The notes beneath the pieces were generated by a model. That model had not been told where the DNA came from. It ran no database searches and saw only the letters and a program-made list of their open reading frames with translations. This document shows positions 32,746-43,610 of a stretch of DNA of 64,000 bases, piece by piece (positions within the stretch are counted from its first letter, which is position 1; the number at the start of each line of letters is the position of its first letter). The stretch lies in NCBI GenBank assembly GCA_965215125.1, contig OZ244052.1, positions 704,001-768,000 on the forward strand. Direction: 5' to 3'. The position numbers were made by a program, and so were the translations under genes. This DNA comes from an uncultured candidatus Porisulfidus sp. (GTDB lineage: Bacteria > Pseudomonadota > Gammaproteobacteria > Poriferisulfidales > Oxydemutatoraceae).

Positions 32746-34161
32746 ATGATGTTTTTTAGTCCAAAAATTCTGCTATACACCTCTATATTACTATCGGTAT
32801 CACTATTGCCGGCTTATACAGGGGCGCAACAGCAAAGCTCCCTTGGGCAAGACCCCGCGTCTTCCGCACTCACTATTTACGGCGTACACGAGTTTAAGTT
32901 GGATAACGGCTTGAAGCTACTGGTGAAAGAAGATCACCGGGCACCGGTGGTCATTTCTCAGATCTGGTATCGCGTCGGTTCTGCCGACGAATACGGTGGA
33001 ATAACGGGCATCTCTCATTTCTTGGAACACATGATGTTCAAGGGTACCGATAAATATCCGCGCCAAGCGTTCACCGAAACTATCAAAAAACATGGCGGGC
33101 GAGATAATGCTTTCACGAGCCGCGATTACACCGCCTATTATCAACTATTCGAGAGAAGTTATTTAGAAAAAAGTTTTGACTTGGAATCCGATCGCATGAC
33201 CAATTTACAATTAAAACAAGATGATTTTGAAAAAGAACGCGAAGTCGTCAGAGAGGAAAGACGGTGGCGAGTCGACGATGACCCCGAATCTCGGCTCTAT
33301 GAACAGCTCTACATGTCGGCGTTTGATGCCGCACCCTACCGCCAACCGATCATCGGTTGGGACAACGATTTGGTCAACCTCAAGCTACAAGATTTATCGG
33401 ATTGGTACGACCGCTGGTATGCGCCCAACAATGCGACCTTCGTGGTCGTCGGCGATGTAGAAGCGAACGAAGTCTATGCGCTGGCACAACGCTATTTCGG
33501 AGACATTGAACCGCGCCCGCTACCCGACAGAAAAGCGCGCAAGGAGACACCGCAGCACGGTGAGAAACGCATTACGCTATCGATACCCGCAATCCAGCCG
33601 GCACTCGCAATCGCGTATAAAGCACCTCGCCTCGGACATACAAAGGAAGCATGGCATCCTTATGCGTTATCGGTATTGGCGGCGGTATTGGCAGGCAACG
33701 ACAGTTCCAGATTTTCTAAAAACTTGGTCCGAGGAAAAGGTATTGCGTTCTACGCGAATGCCTACTACGGTGTATATAACCGCTATCAAAATCTATTCGT
33801 GATATTCGCCGCACCCAATACCGATAGCGATGTGGCACAACTTGAGCAGGCCATTGAAGACGAACTACAGCAACTCAAAACAGAGGTCATCAGCGACGAC
33901 GAATTACAAAAAATTAAAACCCAACTACTCGCCTACAAAATATATCAGCAAGATTCTATACAACACCAAGCCTCTGCGTTGGGACGTTTGGAAACCATCG
34001 GTGCAGGATGGCAAGAACACTTTCGCTTCCCACAACATATACAAGCTGTGACCGCCGAACAAGTTAGGCAAGTTGCCGTTGAATATCTAGTCGAGTCCAA
34101 ACGCACCGTGGCCGAACTTAAACCTCTGCCGATGCAGAGCGAAGTCACTATCGTACAATGA
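32746..34161 (+). CDS. M16 (pitrilysin) family zinc protease, catalytic subunit
   Basis: Inverted zinc motif HFLEH; NAFTSRDYT; signal peptide. Confidence 0.92.
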   Translation: MMFFSPKILLYTSILLSVSLLPAYTGAQQQSSLGQDPASSALTIYGVHEFKLDNGLKLLVKEDHRAPVVISQIWYRVGSADEYGGITGISHFLEHMMFKGTDKYPRQAFTETIKKHGGRDNAFTSRDYTAYYQLFERSYLEKSFDLESDRMTNLQLKQDDFEKEREVVREERRWRVDDDPESRLYEQLYMSAFDAAPYRQPIIGWDNDLVNLKLQDLSDWYDRWYAPNNATFVVVGDVEANEVYALAQRYFGDIEPRPLPDRKARKETPQHGEKRITLSIPAIQPALAIAYKAPRLGHTKEAWHPYALSVLAAVLAGNDSSRFSKNLVRGKGIAFYANAYYGVYNRYQNLFVIFAAPNTDSDVAQLEQAIEDELQQLKTEVISDDELQKIKTQLLAYKIYQQDSIQHQASALGRLETIGAGWQEHFRFPQHIQAVTAEQVRQVAVEYLVESKRTVAELKPLPMQSEVTIVQ

Positions 34162-35471
34162 CCAACGTTACGTACAGCTTGCGATTTTTGCTATCACTCT
34201 TTATGTTTTGCGTTATCGCATGGGGTGGTTCGGCGCATGCTAATTTTGAGATTGAGCATTGGACCACCGACAACGGCGTGCAAGTCTATCATGTGTATCA
34301 AAGCGAATTGCCTATGGTGGACATAGAACTCATTTTTGATGCCGGTAGCGCACGCGACGGAAAACTCTACGGTTTGGCGCATTTGGTCACCGAACTATTG
34401 GCTTACGGAGCCGGCGGCATGAATGCCGATCAAATCAGCACCGCGTTTGATAGTATCGGAGCCGAATACGCTACCGAAACCGGCAGAGATAACACGAGTA
34501 TCAAGCTTAGAACCCTAACCGAGCAATTACAAAAATCCACCGAACTATTGGCAACCGTCGTGTCGGCACCCGACTTTGACGAACAAATGCTCAAGCAAAC
34601 CAAAACGCGTACGCTCACGGCAATACGCAAGCAAGACCAAGAACCCGGTGCGGTCGCATCAATTGCACTCTACCGAGCACTCTACGGTGATCATCCGTAC
34701 GGACACCCTCGCATAGGTCTGGAAGAAACCGTCTCGGCAATTACACGCTCCGATGTGCAAGCCTTTTATCAAAAATACTTTGTGGCGCGCAACATGCAGT
34801 TGTCTATCGTCGGCGACATCAATCCGCAGCAAGCAGAACAACTCGCCGACAAACTGAGCAAAAAGTTCTCGGCAGGTTCTAAACCACCGCCGATACCGCT
34901 TGCCGTGCAGGCATCCTTAGGCGATGAAATACGCATCCCTTTCGACTCAAAGCAAGCACATGTTTATGTTGCACAACTTGCAATCGGTTTTAAGGATGCG
35001 GATTATTTCCCGCTTTATGTCGGCAACCATATCTTGGGAGGTAGTGGTTTCGGTTCCAGACTTTTAGAAGAAGTACGCGTTAAGCGCGGATACGCTTACA
35101 GCGCATGGAGCTATTTCGTACCACAGCGAATGCGAGGCCCCTTTATCGTCGGTTTTCAAACCCGTATCGATCAAGCGGACGACGCGCTCACGCTGGCGCA
35201 GCGACTGATTGCGGAATACATTGAAAACGGACCCGATGCCGACGAATTGAAACTCAGCAAGCAACACATCAAAGGCAGTTTCCCGCTACGCGTTGCCAGT
35301 AACGCGCAAATCTCCAACTGGGTCAGGCGCATTATCGTAGAGAAACTCGCACTCGACTATACCCGCACCTTTACCGACAAAACCGAACAAATAAGTCGAG
35401 AACAAATCATCACAGCCTTTAAGAAACATATACACACGGACAAAATGGTAGCGGTCATCGTCGGGGGATAA
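34158..35471 (+). CDS. M16 family peptidase, non-catalytic partner
   Basis: FDAGSARD, SRLLEEVRVKRGYAY; lacks HxxEH. Confidence 0.88.
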   Translation: MTNVTYSLRFLLSLFMFCVIAWGGSAHANFEIEHWTTDNGVQVYHVYQSELPMVDIELIFDAGSARDGKLYGLAHLVTELLAYGAGGMNADQISTAFDSIGAEYATETGRDNTSIKLRTLTEQLQKSTELLATVVSAPDFDEQMLKQTKTRTLTAIRKQDQEPGAVASIALYRALYGDHPYGHPRIGLEETVSAITRSDVQAFYQKYFVARNMQLSIVGDINPQQAEQLADKLSKKFSAGSKPPPIPLAVQASLGDEIRIPFDSKQAHVYVAQLAIGFKDADYFPLYVGNHILGGSGFGSRLLEEVRVKRGYAYSAWSYFVPQRMRGPFIVGFQTRIDQADDALTLAQRLIAEYIENGPDADELKLSKQHIKGSFPLRVASNAQISNWVRRIIVEKLALDYTRTFTDKTEQISREQIITAFKKHIHTDKMVAVIVGG

Positions 35472-35472
35472 G

Positions 35473-36051
35473 GTGGCGTCCAAAGTACGCATCATTGCCG
35501 GAAAATGGCGCGGTAGAAACATAGAATTTCCGAACTTGAAATCGCTACGCCCGACCCCCGACCGCGTCCGAGAAACACTATTCAACTGGCTGTCCCCGTC
35601 TATTGTCGGGGCAAAGTGCCTGGACTTGTTTGCCGGTAGCGGCGCGCTCGGCTTTGAGGCATTATCCAGAGGGGTAGCCCACGCAGTTTTGATAGACAAC
35701 AACGCACGCGTTTGCAAACAACTCAAGGAGCAAGCCCGAATCTTGAACGCCAATAACATTCGCATCGTGCATCAAGAAGCAACCGAATTCATCGCCGATA
35801 ACCGAGATAGTTTTGACATCGTCTTTATAGATCCCCCCTTCAACTCCAAGCTGGCTTCCACACTCGCCGATCTGTTCTTAGAACATCCGATACTCAATAG
35901 CGAGGCACTGCTCTATGTTGAAATACCGATATCCGAGAAACCGAAAACACCCAAAACATGGAGGGGTTGGAACGTAGTACGATCCGGGAAAACCGCGCAG
36001 GTATGCTACCTTCTATTAACCAAAAGTGGTATTCGAGAATTCAAAAGTTGA
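35473..36051 (+). CDS. rsmD: 16S rRNA m2G966 methyltransferase
   Basis: RIIAGKWRGR, RPTPDRVRETLFNWL, DLFAGSGALG, DPPF. Confidence 0.96.
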   Translation: MASKVRIIAGKWRGRNIEFPNLKSLRPTPDRVRETLFNWLSPSIVGAKCLDLFAGSGALGFEALSRGVAHAVLIDNNARVCKQLKEQARILNANNIRIVHQEATEFIADNRDSFDIVFIDPPFNSKLASTLADLFLEHPILNSEALLYVEIPISEKPKTPKTWRGWNVVRSGKTAQVCYLLLTKSGIREFKS

Positions 36052-36174
36052 ATGACGTTCTCCCCCAATTTAGTACCAATGTCAAAGTCAGTTTTTCCGA
36101 TAAACTAGAGAAGTTAAAAACATTACAGGTGGCCCTAAAAATGGGGTAACGTCACCTCCATAGGAGGGGAATAT

Positions 36175-37143
36175 CTATGATAAAGGCCAGAGGCTTCGGA
36201 TTGCCGCGATGCCTTGTGCGCCGTGCATCCGGCAGTCGGCTAAATCGGCAGTTTCGAGTCCGCCGATTGCATAGACCGGTATCGTTATGTCTCTTACGAG
36301 TGTTTTGAAAGTCTCCCAACCTAAAGGTGGTTGTCCGGGATGGCTGGGTGTTGTTTTAAGCGGTCCGAGTAAAGCAAAGTCGGCTTCTAATCGGCAAGCC
36401 TGTTCAAGTTCTGCACGATTATGGCACGAGACGGCAAGTAGTTTGCTTTCAGGCAACGGGCGGGTGCGATATTTCGCGGCGTATTCGGCACCGAGTTGTA
36501 CACCGGCAACGTTCAAGATATCTACCTGGGTGGGATGATTATGTATCAATAATTTATTGCGCCATGCCGAGGACTGCGATAACAGCTTGCGCGCATACTC
36601 TATATAGGTGCGACTATCGAGTTCGGTGGCACGAAAGACGGCAAGCGATATACCCGATTGAAATGCCGTATCCAAACCTCGCTTTAGCACGCTCGGGTCA
36701 AGCGGTGCAGGAGTTATTAAATAGCGATCGGGCAACGATAACGCTTTGATAATTACGCCGTTCGCCGCCGGGAAATCACCGGCTTTGAGTTCCGATACGG
36801 CTCGCCATTCCAACGACCGGTAAAAATGAGAACCCGGCACATCCCGACAATTTTTTATCGTGTACACACTAAACGAGTATCTCTGTGCGTCATAACACCA
36901 CTCAAATTCAATGAGCGGTTCGGCATCGGTTTCTTTTATTACCAGCCCGAGTTCTTCTTTTAATTCCCGCGCTACGGCGTGTCTCGGTGTCTCGTTTGAT
37001 TTGACCTTGCCGCCGGGAAATTCCCAACAGCCTCCTAGATGCAGTCCATTCTCTCGCCAACCGACGAGTACCCGGTTATCTCGTAAAACAACGCCCAAAG
37101 CGACTGAAATTGTCGGGGTTGTTTTAAGTGCGGTATGCGGCAT
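36175..37143 (-). CDS. MutT-like Nudix hydrolase fused to a thiamine-phosphate-synthase-like domain
   Basis: Nudix box WEFPGGKVKSNETPRHAVARELKEELG; C-terminal SCHNRAEL, TTPSHP, PVYAIGG. Confidence 0.88.
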   Translation of the reverse strand: MPHTALKTTPTISVALGVVLRDNRVLVGWRENGLHLGGCWEFPGGKVKSNETPRHAVARELKEELGLVIKETDAEPLIEFEWCYDAQRYSFSVYTIKNCRDVPGSHFYRSLEWRAVSELKAGDFPAANGVIIKALSLPDRYLITPAPLDPSVLKRGLDTAFQSGISLAVFRATELDSRTYIEYARKLLSQSSAWRNKLLIHNHPTQVDILNVAGVQLGAEYAAKYRTRPLPESKLLAVSCHNRAELEQACRLEADFALLGPLKTTPSHPGQPPLGWETFKTLVRDITIPVYAIGGLETADLADCRMHGAQGIAAIRSLWPLS

Positions 37144-38329
37144 TAATTCTCACATAGTCTTCGGTCAAATCCGAGGTCCATATTGTTGCGCTTTCGGGGC
37201 CTCTATCGAGTAATACTCTGAGGCGGACTTCGAGCTTCTCCATAGTCGCCTTTGCAATCGCTTCATCGTAATTCGGATCTACGGCACCGCGATGGAACAA
37301 ACGATGATCGCCCATAAAGCAGCTCACCTTGTTTATATCCAGTGCTTCCAAACCGCTACGCCCCACCGCAAGAATAATCCTTCCCCAATTCGGATCGGCG
37401 GCAGCAAAAGCCGTTTTAACCAGTGGCGAGTGTGCGATCGTATAAGCGACTTGCCGCGCCTCTTCGTGAGACTTTGCTTGTTCTACATGTATTTCTATAA
37501 AATGACTTGCGCCTTCTGCGTCACGAATGATCATTTTTGCTAATTCTTGCATGACCGCTTTCAATGTCTCGGAGAAAGCATCTTTTTCGGATACGGCTAG
37601 CGACTCCCAATCGACGCCGCTCGCACCGGTCGCAAGCAACGCACACGAGTCATTGGTTGAAGTGTCTCCGTCAACCGTGATGCAATTAAGCGAAACCGCC
37701 AACGCATCGTGCAATAACCGTTTCAGTGTTTTCGGACCTGCCTTTAGATCGGTTGCAACATAAGCCAACATAGTTGCCATATCGGGGCAGATCATACCCG
37801 AACCTTTGGCAATACCGGTGACAGAAACCGTTTCCGCACCGAGTAGTACTTCCGCGCTGAACCATTTGGCAACAGTGTCGGTGGTCATAATTGCCTGCGC
37901 AGCCGCTTCCCAATTATCGGACGAGAGTTTGGCGAGCAAATCGGGAACGGCAGAGACGATTTTAGATGTCGGCAACCGTTCTACCATGACACCCGTAGAA
38001 AAAGGTAGGACTTGCTCAATATCAACGCCGCTTAAATCGGCAACACTTCGGCAACAGGCTTCGGCATCGTCCATACCTATCCGACCCATACCGGCATTGG
38101 CATTACCGGCATTGATAAGCAAGTAACGAGGTTGTGCTACATCGAGATATGCCTCGCTCAATATCACTGGGGCAGCCTTAAATACATTACGCGTAAAACA
38201 CACTGCGGTGTCGGTTGTCTCCGACAGTTCCATCAAAACCAAATCGTCGCGTCCCGAATATCGTATTTCGGCGGACAAAGTAGCGATGCGTATGCCCTTA
38301 ATGGGAACCGGCTTGTCTATCTTTTTCAT
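37124..38329 (-). CDS. argJ: Bifunctional ornithine acetyltransferase / N-acetylglutamate synthase
   Basis: GNANAG, IMTTDT, KGSGMICPDMATML, DGDTSTND, DPNWGR. Confidence 0.96.
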   Translation of the reverse strand: MKKIDKPVPIKGIRIATLSAEIRYSGRDDLVLMELSETTDTAVCFTRNVFKAAPVILSEAYLDVAQPRYLLINAGNANAGMGRIGMDDAEACCRSVADLSGVDIEQVLPFSTGVMVERLPTSKIVSAVPDLLAKLSSDNWEAAAQAIMTTDTVAKWFSAEVLLGAETVSVTGIAKGSGMICPDMATMLAYVATDLKAGPKTLKRLLHDALAVSLNCITVDGDTSTNDSCALLATGASGVDWESLAVSEKDAFSETLKAVMQELAKMIIRDAEGASHFIEIHVEQAKSHEEARQVAYTIAHSPLVKTAFAAADPNWGRIILAVGRSGLEALDINKVSCFMGDHRLFHRGAVDPNYDEAIAKATMEKLEVRLRVLLDRGPESATIWTSDLTEDYVRINAAYRT

Positions 38330-41087
38330 AACAACAATGTTTATATTTTTTGCCCGAACCGCAATAGCACGGATCGTTGCGTCCCAATTTTTTATGGGTG
38401 CGACGAATCGTCTCGGGTTTTAGCGATTGCATGATGCGGGGAGGCCGCCGTGCATTGTTCGGCGGTGTAGGGGCGGCACCACCGGCGATGCCGAGCATCG
38501 GTGCAGTGGTATGTGCAGCATCAGGTTGCGGCACGGTCGGCAACAAATTACTCCCCGGTTGTCGGTGCTGATAATTTATCGCATCCTCGTCAAGCGGTTG
38601 CGCCGGTCTTAATTCCGGTTCTTTGCTCAATCTCATTAGACTTGACGCAAGTTTGTGGCGAACGGTATTCAACATCAGTTGGAACATCGCAAACGCTTCT
38701 CGTTTATATTCTTGTTTAGGGTTTTTTTGTGCAAAACTGCGCAAGCCGATGCCTTGACGCAGATGATCCATATTAGCCAAATGCTCTTTCCAGTAATCAT
38801 CCAAAACTCGCATCATCAAAATCACTTCTATTTTGTATAGCATTTCCGCGCCGAAAATAGCCTCTTTCCCCTTATAGGTTTTGAACATGGTGTCGCATAC
38901 TTTTTCGCGTATTGCAGTCGTCGAGATATCGGACTCGGAAGATGCCGAGGCATCGAATTTCAACTCTAAACCGAACTCTTCCGACAGATTTTTTTCGAGA
39001 GCTTTGATATCCCATTGTTCCTCCAACTGTCCTTCGGGAACATATTGATCAACCACAGCTTCACCGACCTCGCTCAATATATCCAGAATCTGTTCGTGCA
39101 CTTGCTCGGTTTCCATCAGCTCGTTTCTTTGCTTATAAATTACCTGCCGTTGCTCGTTTGCGACATTGTCGTATTCTAGCAAGTTTTTTCTGATATCGAA
39201 GTTATGCGACTCAACCTTACGTTGTGCATTTTCTATCGCTCTGTTCATCCACGGATGCTCTATCGCTTCGCCTGCCTGCATTCCCAATTTTTCTATCAAC
39301 GATTGTACTTTGTCGCCGGCAAAAATACGCAATAGGCTATCGTCCAAAGATAGATAAAAGCGGCTTGAACCGGGATCGCCTTGCCGCCCCGAGCGACCTC
39401 GCAACTGGTTGTCTACCCGTCTGGACTCGTGCCTTTCGGTGCCGATGACCCGCAAGCCGCCTGCTGCTATTACCTGTCGGTGGCGTTGTTGCCAATCCTC
39501 GCGCATTGCATCGTGTTTGCTTTCGTCGGCTTCCTCCAGTTCGGTGTCAAGCGAACCACCCAGCACGATGTCGGTACCACGACCTGCCATATTCGTTGCA
39601 ATAGTCACGGCACCGGGACGACCCGCTTGGGCGATGATTTTAGATTCGGTTTCGTGGTGCTTGGCGTTGAGGACTTGGTGCTTGATTTTCGCTTTGCTCA
39701 GCGTCTTTGAAAGATACTCGGAGACCGCAATGGAAGCGGTCCCGATCAATGTCGGTTGCCCGATTTCAAAACTCGTTCGTACATCTTCAAGTATGGCTTC
39801 GAATTTCTCCTGCTCGGACATATACACTGCATCGGGTTCATCTTCACGAACCATCGGTACGTGGGTCGGAATAACGACGACTTGCAAACCGTAGATATCC
39901 TGAAACTCGGAGGCTTCGGTGTCGGCGGTGCCGGTCATGCCGCTTAATTTTTCGTACAAGCGAAAATAGTTTTGGAAAGTAATAGATGCAAGTGTTTGAT
40001 TTTCGTGTTCCACACGCATACCTTCTTTTGCTTCCACCGCTTGGTGCAAACCGTCGGACCAACGCCGGCCGGCCATGACTCGTCCGGTGAACTCGTCGAC
40101 AATTAAGACTTTGCCGTTGCGCACTAAGTAATCCACATTTTTCTTAAACAGGCCGTGCGCCCTGAGCGAGGCACTTACGTGGTGTAATAAATTGACATTA
40201 TTGAGGTCGTAAAGACTCTCGTTTTCTTTTAGCAATCCCTCTCTAAGTAACGCCTCTTCAATACGCTGATGTCCCGCTTCGGTCAACAACGCGGCACGCG
40301 ATTTCTCGTCTATCGTATAATCGTCCGCTTCGCTGTTGCCGGTGCACGGCTTAAGACGGCTCACCAGCTTATTTATTTTATAATAAATATCGGAACTTCC
40401 CTCGGTAGGACCGGAGATGATCAACGGCGTGCGTGCCTCGTCGATCAAAATAGAATCGACCTCGTCTACGATTGCAAAATAATGTCCTCGCTGCACCCTT
40501 TGCGAAGCCTCGTAGACCATGTTGTCTCGTAGGTAATCAAAACCGAACTCGTTATTCGTGCCATAAGTAATATCGGCTTTATAAGCGTCAACCCGTTCTT
40601 TGGGTTTCTGCCCGGCAACGACAACCCCGACGCTCAGACCCAATTTTCTATAAACGGCACCCATCCATTCGGAGTCTCTACGCGCCAAATAATCGTTGAC
40701 CGTCACAATATGCACGCTTTGTCCGGTCAGTGCATTCAAATACGCCGCCAAGGGTGCAACGAAAGTTTTGCCTTCGCCGGTGCGCATCTCGGCAATTTTA
40801 CCGTCGTGCAAAGTCATACCACCGATTAACTGTACATCAAAGTGCCTCATATTCAGTTCGCGCGACGCCGCCTCTTTAACGGTGGCAAAAGCCTCCGGCA
40901 ATAAGCTGTTTAAGCTCTGTCCTTGTGCCAGACGCGCTTTGAATTGATCTTTTTTAGAGATTAGTTCGGCATCGCTTATACCTTTGTATTGATCTTCCAG
41001 AGCATTGATATCTTGAACGACCTTTCGGTATTTTTTTAATAGCCGCTCGTTCTTGGACGGAACGAGCTTGTTAATAAATTTGAACAT
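38298..41087 (-). CDS. secA: Preprotein translocase ATPase SecA
   Basis: MRTGEGKT, DEVDSILIDEARTPLIISG, SEC-C motif GRNDPCYCGSGKKYKHCC. Confidence 0.98.
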   Translation of the reverse strand: MFKFINKLVPSKNERLLKKYRKVVQDINALEDQYKGISDAELISKKDQFKARLAQGQSLNSLLPEAFATVKEAASRELNMRHFDVQLIGGMTLHDGKIAEMRTGEGKTFVAPLAAYLNALTGQSVHIVTVNDYLARRDSEWMGAVYRKLGLSVGVVVAGQKPKERVDAYKADITYGTNNEFGFDYLRDNMVYEASQRVQRGHYFAIVDEVDSILIDEARTPLIISGPTEGSSDIYYKINKLVSRLKPCTGNSEADDYTIDEKSRAALLTEAGHQRIEEALLREGLLKENESLYDLNNVNLLHHVSASLRAHGLFKKNVDYLVRNGKVLIVDEFTGRVMAGRRWSDGLHQAVEAKEGMRVEHENQTLASITFQNYFRLYEKLSGMTGTADTEASEFQDIYGLQVVVIPTHVPMVREDEPDAVYMSEQEKFEAILEDVRTSFEIGQPTLIGTASIAVSEYLSKTLSKAKIKHQVLNAKHHETESKIIAQAGRPGAVTIATNMAGRGTDIVLGGSLDTELEEADESKHDAMREDWQQRHRQVIAAGGLRVIGTERHESRRVDNQLRGRSGRQGDPGSSRFYLSLDDSLLRIFAGDKVQSLIEKLGMQAGEAIEHPWMNRAIENAQRKVESHNFDIRKNLLEYDNVANEQRQVIYKQRNELMETEQVHEQILDILSEVGEAVVDQYVPEGQLEEQWDIKALEKNLSEEFGLELKFDASASSESDISTTAIREKVCDTMFKTYKGKEAIFGAEMLYKIEVILMMRVLDDYWKEHLANMDHLRQGIGLRSFAQKNPKQEYKREAFAMFQLMLNTVRHKLASSLMRLSKEPELRPAQPLDEDAINYQHRQPGSNLLPTVPQPDAAHTTAPMLGIAGGAAPTPPNNARRPPRIMQSLKPETIRRTHKKLGRNDPCYCGSGKKYKHCCYEKDRQAGSH

Positions 41088-41181
41088 AAAAGACCTATTT
41101 CATTTATTTTTGATACCCTGGACGATATTACGCATAATAAACATTCTACAGTAAATTTAATGGTTAGCTTATAGTTGAACG

Positions 41182-41472
41182 ATGAAAAAACTCGGAGATT
41201 TAATCAATCCTAACTTGATGCGGAAAGCACAGCTACTCGAGATTATGAGCGAGAGCGCACGCACCCGATTACCCGGAGAAATAGCATCGCATTGCTGGGT
41301 CGGTGGATTTGAGAAAGACCATATCGTTTTGGTTACCGATTATCCCCATTATGTTGTTCATATACGTTGTTATCAGCGCGAGATATTAAAGCAACTCAAA
41401 GAGCAATTCCGGACTCACTTACCGGAAAGCGTTAGAAAGGTCCGTATCAAGGTTTCAAGGATATTATCGTGA
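41182..41472 (+). CDS. DciA/DUF721-like protein
   Basis: Small gene divergent from secA and convergent with lpxC, the usual DUF721 position; LPGEIASHCWV, KVRIKV. Confidence 0.65.
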   Translation: MKKLGDLINPNLMRKAQLLEIMSESARTRLPGEIASHCWVGGFEKDHIVLVTDYPHYVVHIRCYQREILKQLKEQFRTHLPESVRKVRIKVSRILS

Positions 41473-41519
41473 ATCAAACGCCCTCCGAATGAACCGGCAT
41501 CTAAACGACTATCACGCTA

Positions 41520-42437
41520 TCAGATATAGTCTTCGGCTAAAGGATAAATAATAGGCAACGCGGCAGTGTCGGAGTCCTCTAATAGATTTTCCTCCCACGC
41601 CTCGGCATCTTCGAGCAACTTGATGAGTAAGCGATTATTCAATTCATGACCGGATTTATGACATTCGCAACAACCCACCAAACCGTGTCCCAGTAAATAC
41701 AAATCTCCGACTACATCGAGCATCTTATGTTTGACACATTCGTCTTCCGAGCGCAGACCGTCTTCGTTCATAACACGGTGTTCGTCAATCACGATAGCAT
41801 TTTCCAAACTTCCCCCTAAAACCAGTCCACGCTCGCGCAATCTCTCGTAATCTTTAAGAAAACCAAAGGTTCTGGAACGGCTCACACTGGCTACAAAAGA
41901 TGTTTTATTAAAGTCTATTTCAACCCGTTGCTGACGTTTCTCAAACACCGGATGGTCAAAATCAATCGTAAAAGCAACTTTGAATCCGTCATAAGGTTTC
42001 AGGCAAATCCACTTATCGCCATCTTCTATTTTGATTTCCTTTTTGATGCGTATAGATTTCTTAGGCGCATTTTGCTCTGTTATGCCGCCCGATTGTAACA
42101 AAAATACGAAAGGACCTGCGCTACCATCCATAATCGGTACTTCGGGTGCATCTACATCTACATATAAATTATCAATGCCCAAACCGGCGATCGCAGCGAG
42201 TAAATGTTCAACCGTAGAAATATGTACGCCGTCAACACCTAAAGTAGTTGAAAGTTGCGTGCCCGTCACATAGCGAGCTTGCGCAGGTATCTGCACCGGC
42301 TTTTTCAAATCCACACGGCGAAATATAATACCTGTATCGGCCGCTGCCGAACGCAACGATAATTTTATTTTCTTGCCGGTGTGCAAACCCATGCCTACCG
42401 CTTCAATTGAATTTTTTAATGTTCTTTGTTTAATCAA
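41520..42437 (-). CDS. lpxC: UDP-3-O-acyl-GlcNAc deacetylase
   Basis: [38 protein letters not shown]. Confidence 0.97.
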   Translation of the reverse strand: MIKQRTLKNSIEAVGMGLHTGKKIKLSLRSAAADTGIIFRRVDLKKPVQIPAQARYVTGTQLSTTLGVDGVHISTVEHLLAAIAGLGIDNLYVDVDAPEVPIMDGSAGPFVFLLQSGGITEQNAPKKSIRIKKEIKIEDGDKWICLKPYDGFKVAFTIDFDHPVFEKRQQRVEIDFNKTSFVASVSRSRTFGFLKDYERLRERGLVLGGSLENAIVIDEHRVMNEDGLRSEDECVKHKMLDVVGDLYLLGHGLVGCCECHKSGHELNNRLLIKLLEDAEAWEENLLEDSDTAALPIIYPLAEDYI

Positions 42438-42569
42438 GAGGGGTTCCTTTTTATTGTAGCTATCCGATAATCATCCATTACTTAAATTAGAATTATTATA
42501 GATGATACCATAAATTATTGCCAAAACAAAAAAAATTACTGATTTTTAGGTTCTTATCTCCATAATTTC

Positions 42570-43325
42570 TTATATTTTCACTCCCAAAATAATGCCCTTT
42601 TGGCGTAAATCGTGGAAAACTTTGGGAACATTTTCCAAAGCGACCCCTATATCATTAGGACAATGTTGCTTTGCGACAGCGATAACGGCATCTCGCCCGC
42701 TCGTGTCGGGGTGTTCGGATAAATAATCCAATAAAAGCACCACCATGGCATTTAATAGCATGTAGCGAACTTTATAGTCGGAATCTCGACAAACCGCTAA
42801 CCGATATATCTCGGAACCATGAGCGGCAGGTCTGTAGTCGGGGCTGATACGATGTACCGGCCATTGATAATCGTGCCATTGAGCCAGCGGTGATAATAAC
42901 GGTCTCCCTTCCATTAAATCGCCGTTTGAATCCACTATAGACATGTCGGCACTATCTTCGGCAAATGTCACTACGATTTCCACATACTCATAATGTGCTA
43001 ATTCATATAAATACGGAGGATCGCATCGGCGCGGCGTATGTTCCTTTTCTAAATAAAGAAGAAACTCTTTCGCAATGTCCATAAAATAAGGTGAATGACA
43101 TTGGTGATGTGCATAAAAAATACGCACCAATGTGTCCCAGTCGTCCTCTTTATAAAGGCTTTTCAATACCGGGAAACCGCGGGAGATAAAACCCGATATA
43201 TTTTTGAAAAACAGCTGCCTGTAGATGTCCAGACGACGATCTTCCAATCCTTCGGGAGGTGGGTGGTGCTTGGGATCTCGCAAATGATCTGCCAGCTGAC
43301 GTTGTACTTGCTTGAAGTCAACCAT
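42570..43325 (-). CDS. DUF2063 (HvfC/BufC-like) RiPP maturation partner
   Basis: HLRDP...EDRRLDIYRQLFFKNI...FPVL, ELAHYE, YQWPVHRISP. Start set at MVDFKQ because the longer ORF begins inside a repeat. Confidence 0.85.
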   Translation of the reverse strand: MVDFKQVQRQLADHLRDPKHHPPPEGLEDRRLDIYRQLFFKNISGFISRGFPVLKSLYKEDDWDTLVRIFYAHHQCHSPYFMDIAKEFLLYLEKEHTPRRCDPPYLYELAHYEYVEIVVTFAEDSADMSIVDSNGDLMEGRPLLSPLAQWHDYQWPVHRISPDYRPAAHGSEIYRLAVCRDSDYKVRYMLLNAMVVLLLDYLSEHPDTSGRDAVIAVAKQHCPNDIGVALENVPKVFHDLRQKGIILGVKI

Positions 43326-43335
43326 TGTTAGCCCA

Positions 43336-43610
43336 AACCACCCCGTGGAAAGGTTTTGCATTTTGTGATATGTGAAGACTCTGCATAGCGTTACGCCGAT
43401 TGACCTAAAGTACCGTTCTACACGACCATAACCGCTTGCGCCGTATGGTTTTGGTTTCCATAAATTGGATGAATGAATAAATAGTACAGATACGACACAA
43501 CCACCCCGTCAGGCTCCGCCTGCCACCCCTCCACAGGAGGGGAATGTACCGTCCCTAAAGTTCGTGGATACTTTTTCAACAGCCCCCTTCCACAAACACC
43601 CCGTCAGGCT
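43336..43610. repeat. Mosaic REP/MITE repeat between the DUF692 and DUF2063 genes
   Basis: 43338-43405 matches 56932-57002. 43430-43555 is the reverse complement of about 48857-48990. TTTTTCAACAGCCCC near 43572-43586 matches the MITE end. Confidence 0.85.

Noticed and set aside
36175-37143. Nudix / thiamine-phosphate-synthase fusion as a novelty
   Set aside because: This fusion after secA-argJ is common in gamma- and betaproteobacteria.
13518-40947. Many short ORFs overlapping housekeeping genes
   Set aside because: They are antisense or alternate-frame shadows of well-supported genes and have no recognisable motifs.
43326-43603. Hidden RiPP precursor between DUF692 and DUF2063
   Set aside because: The interval consists of repeat modules found elsewhere in the window; no signal peptide or Cys-motif ORF was seen.
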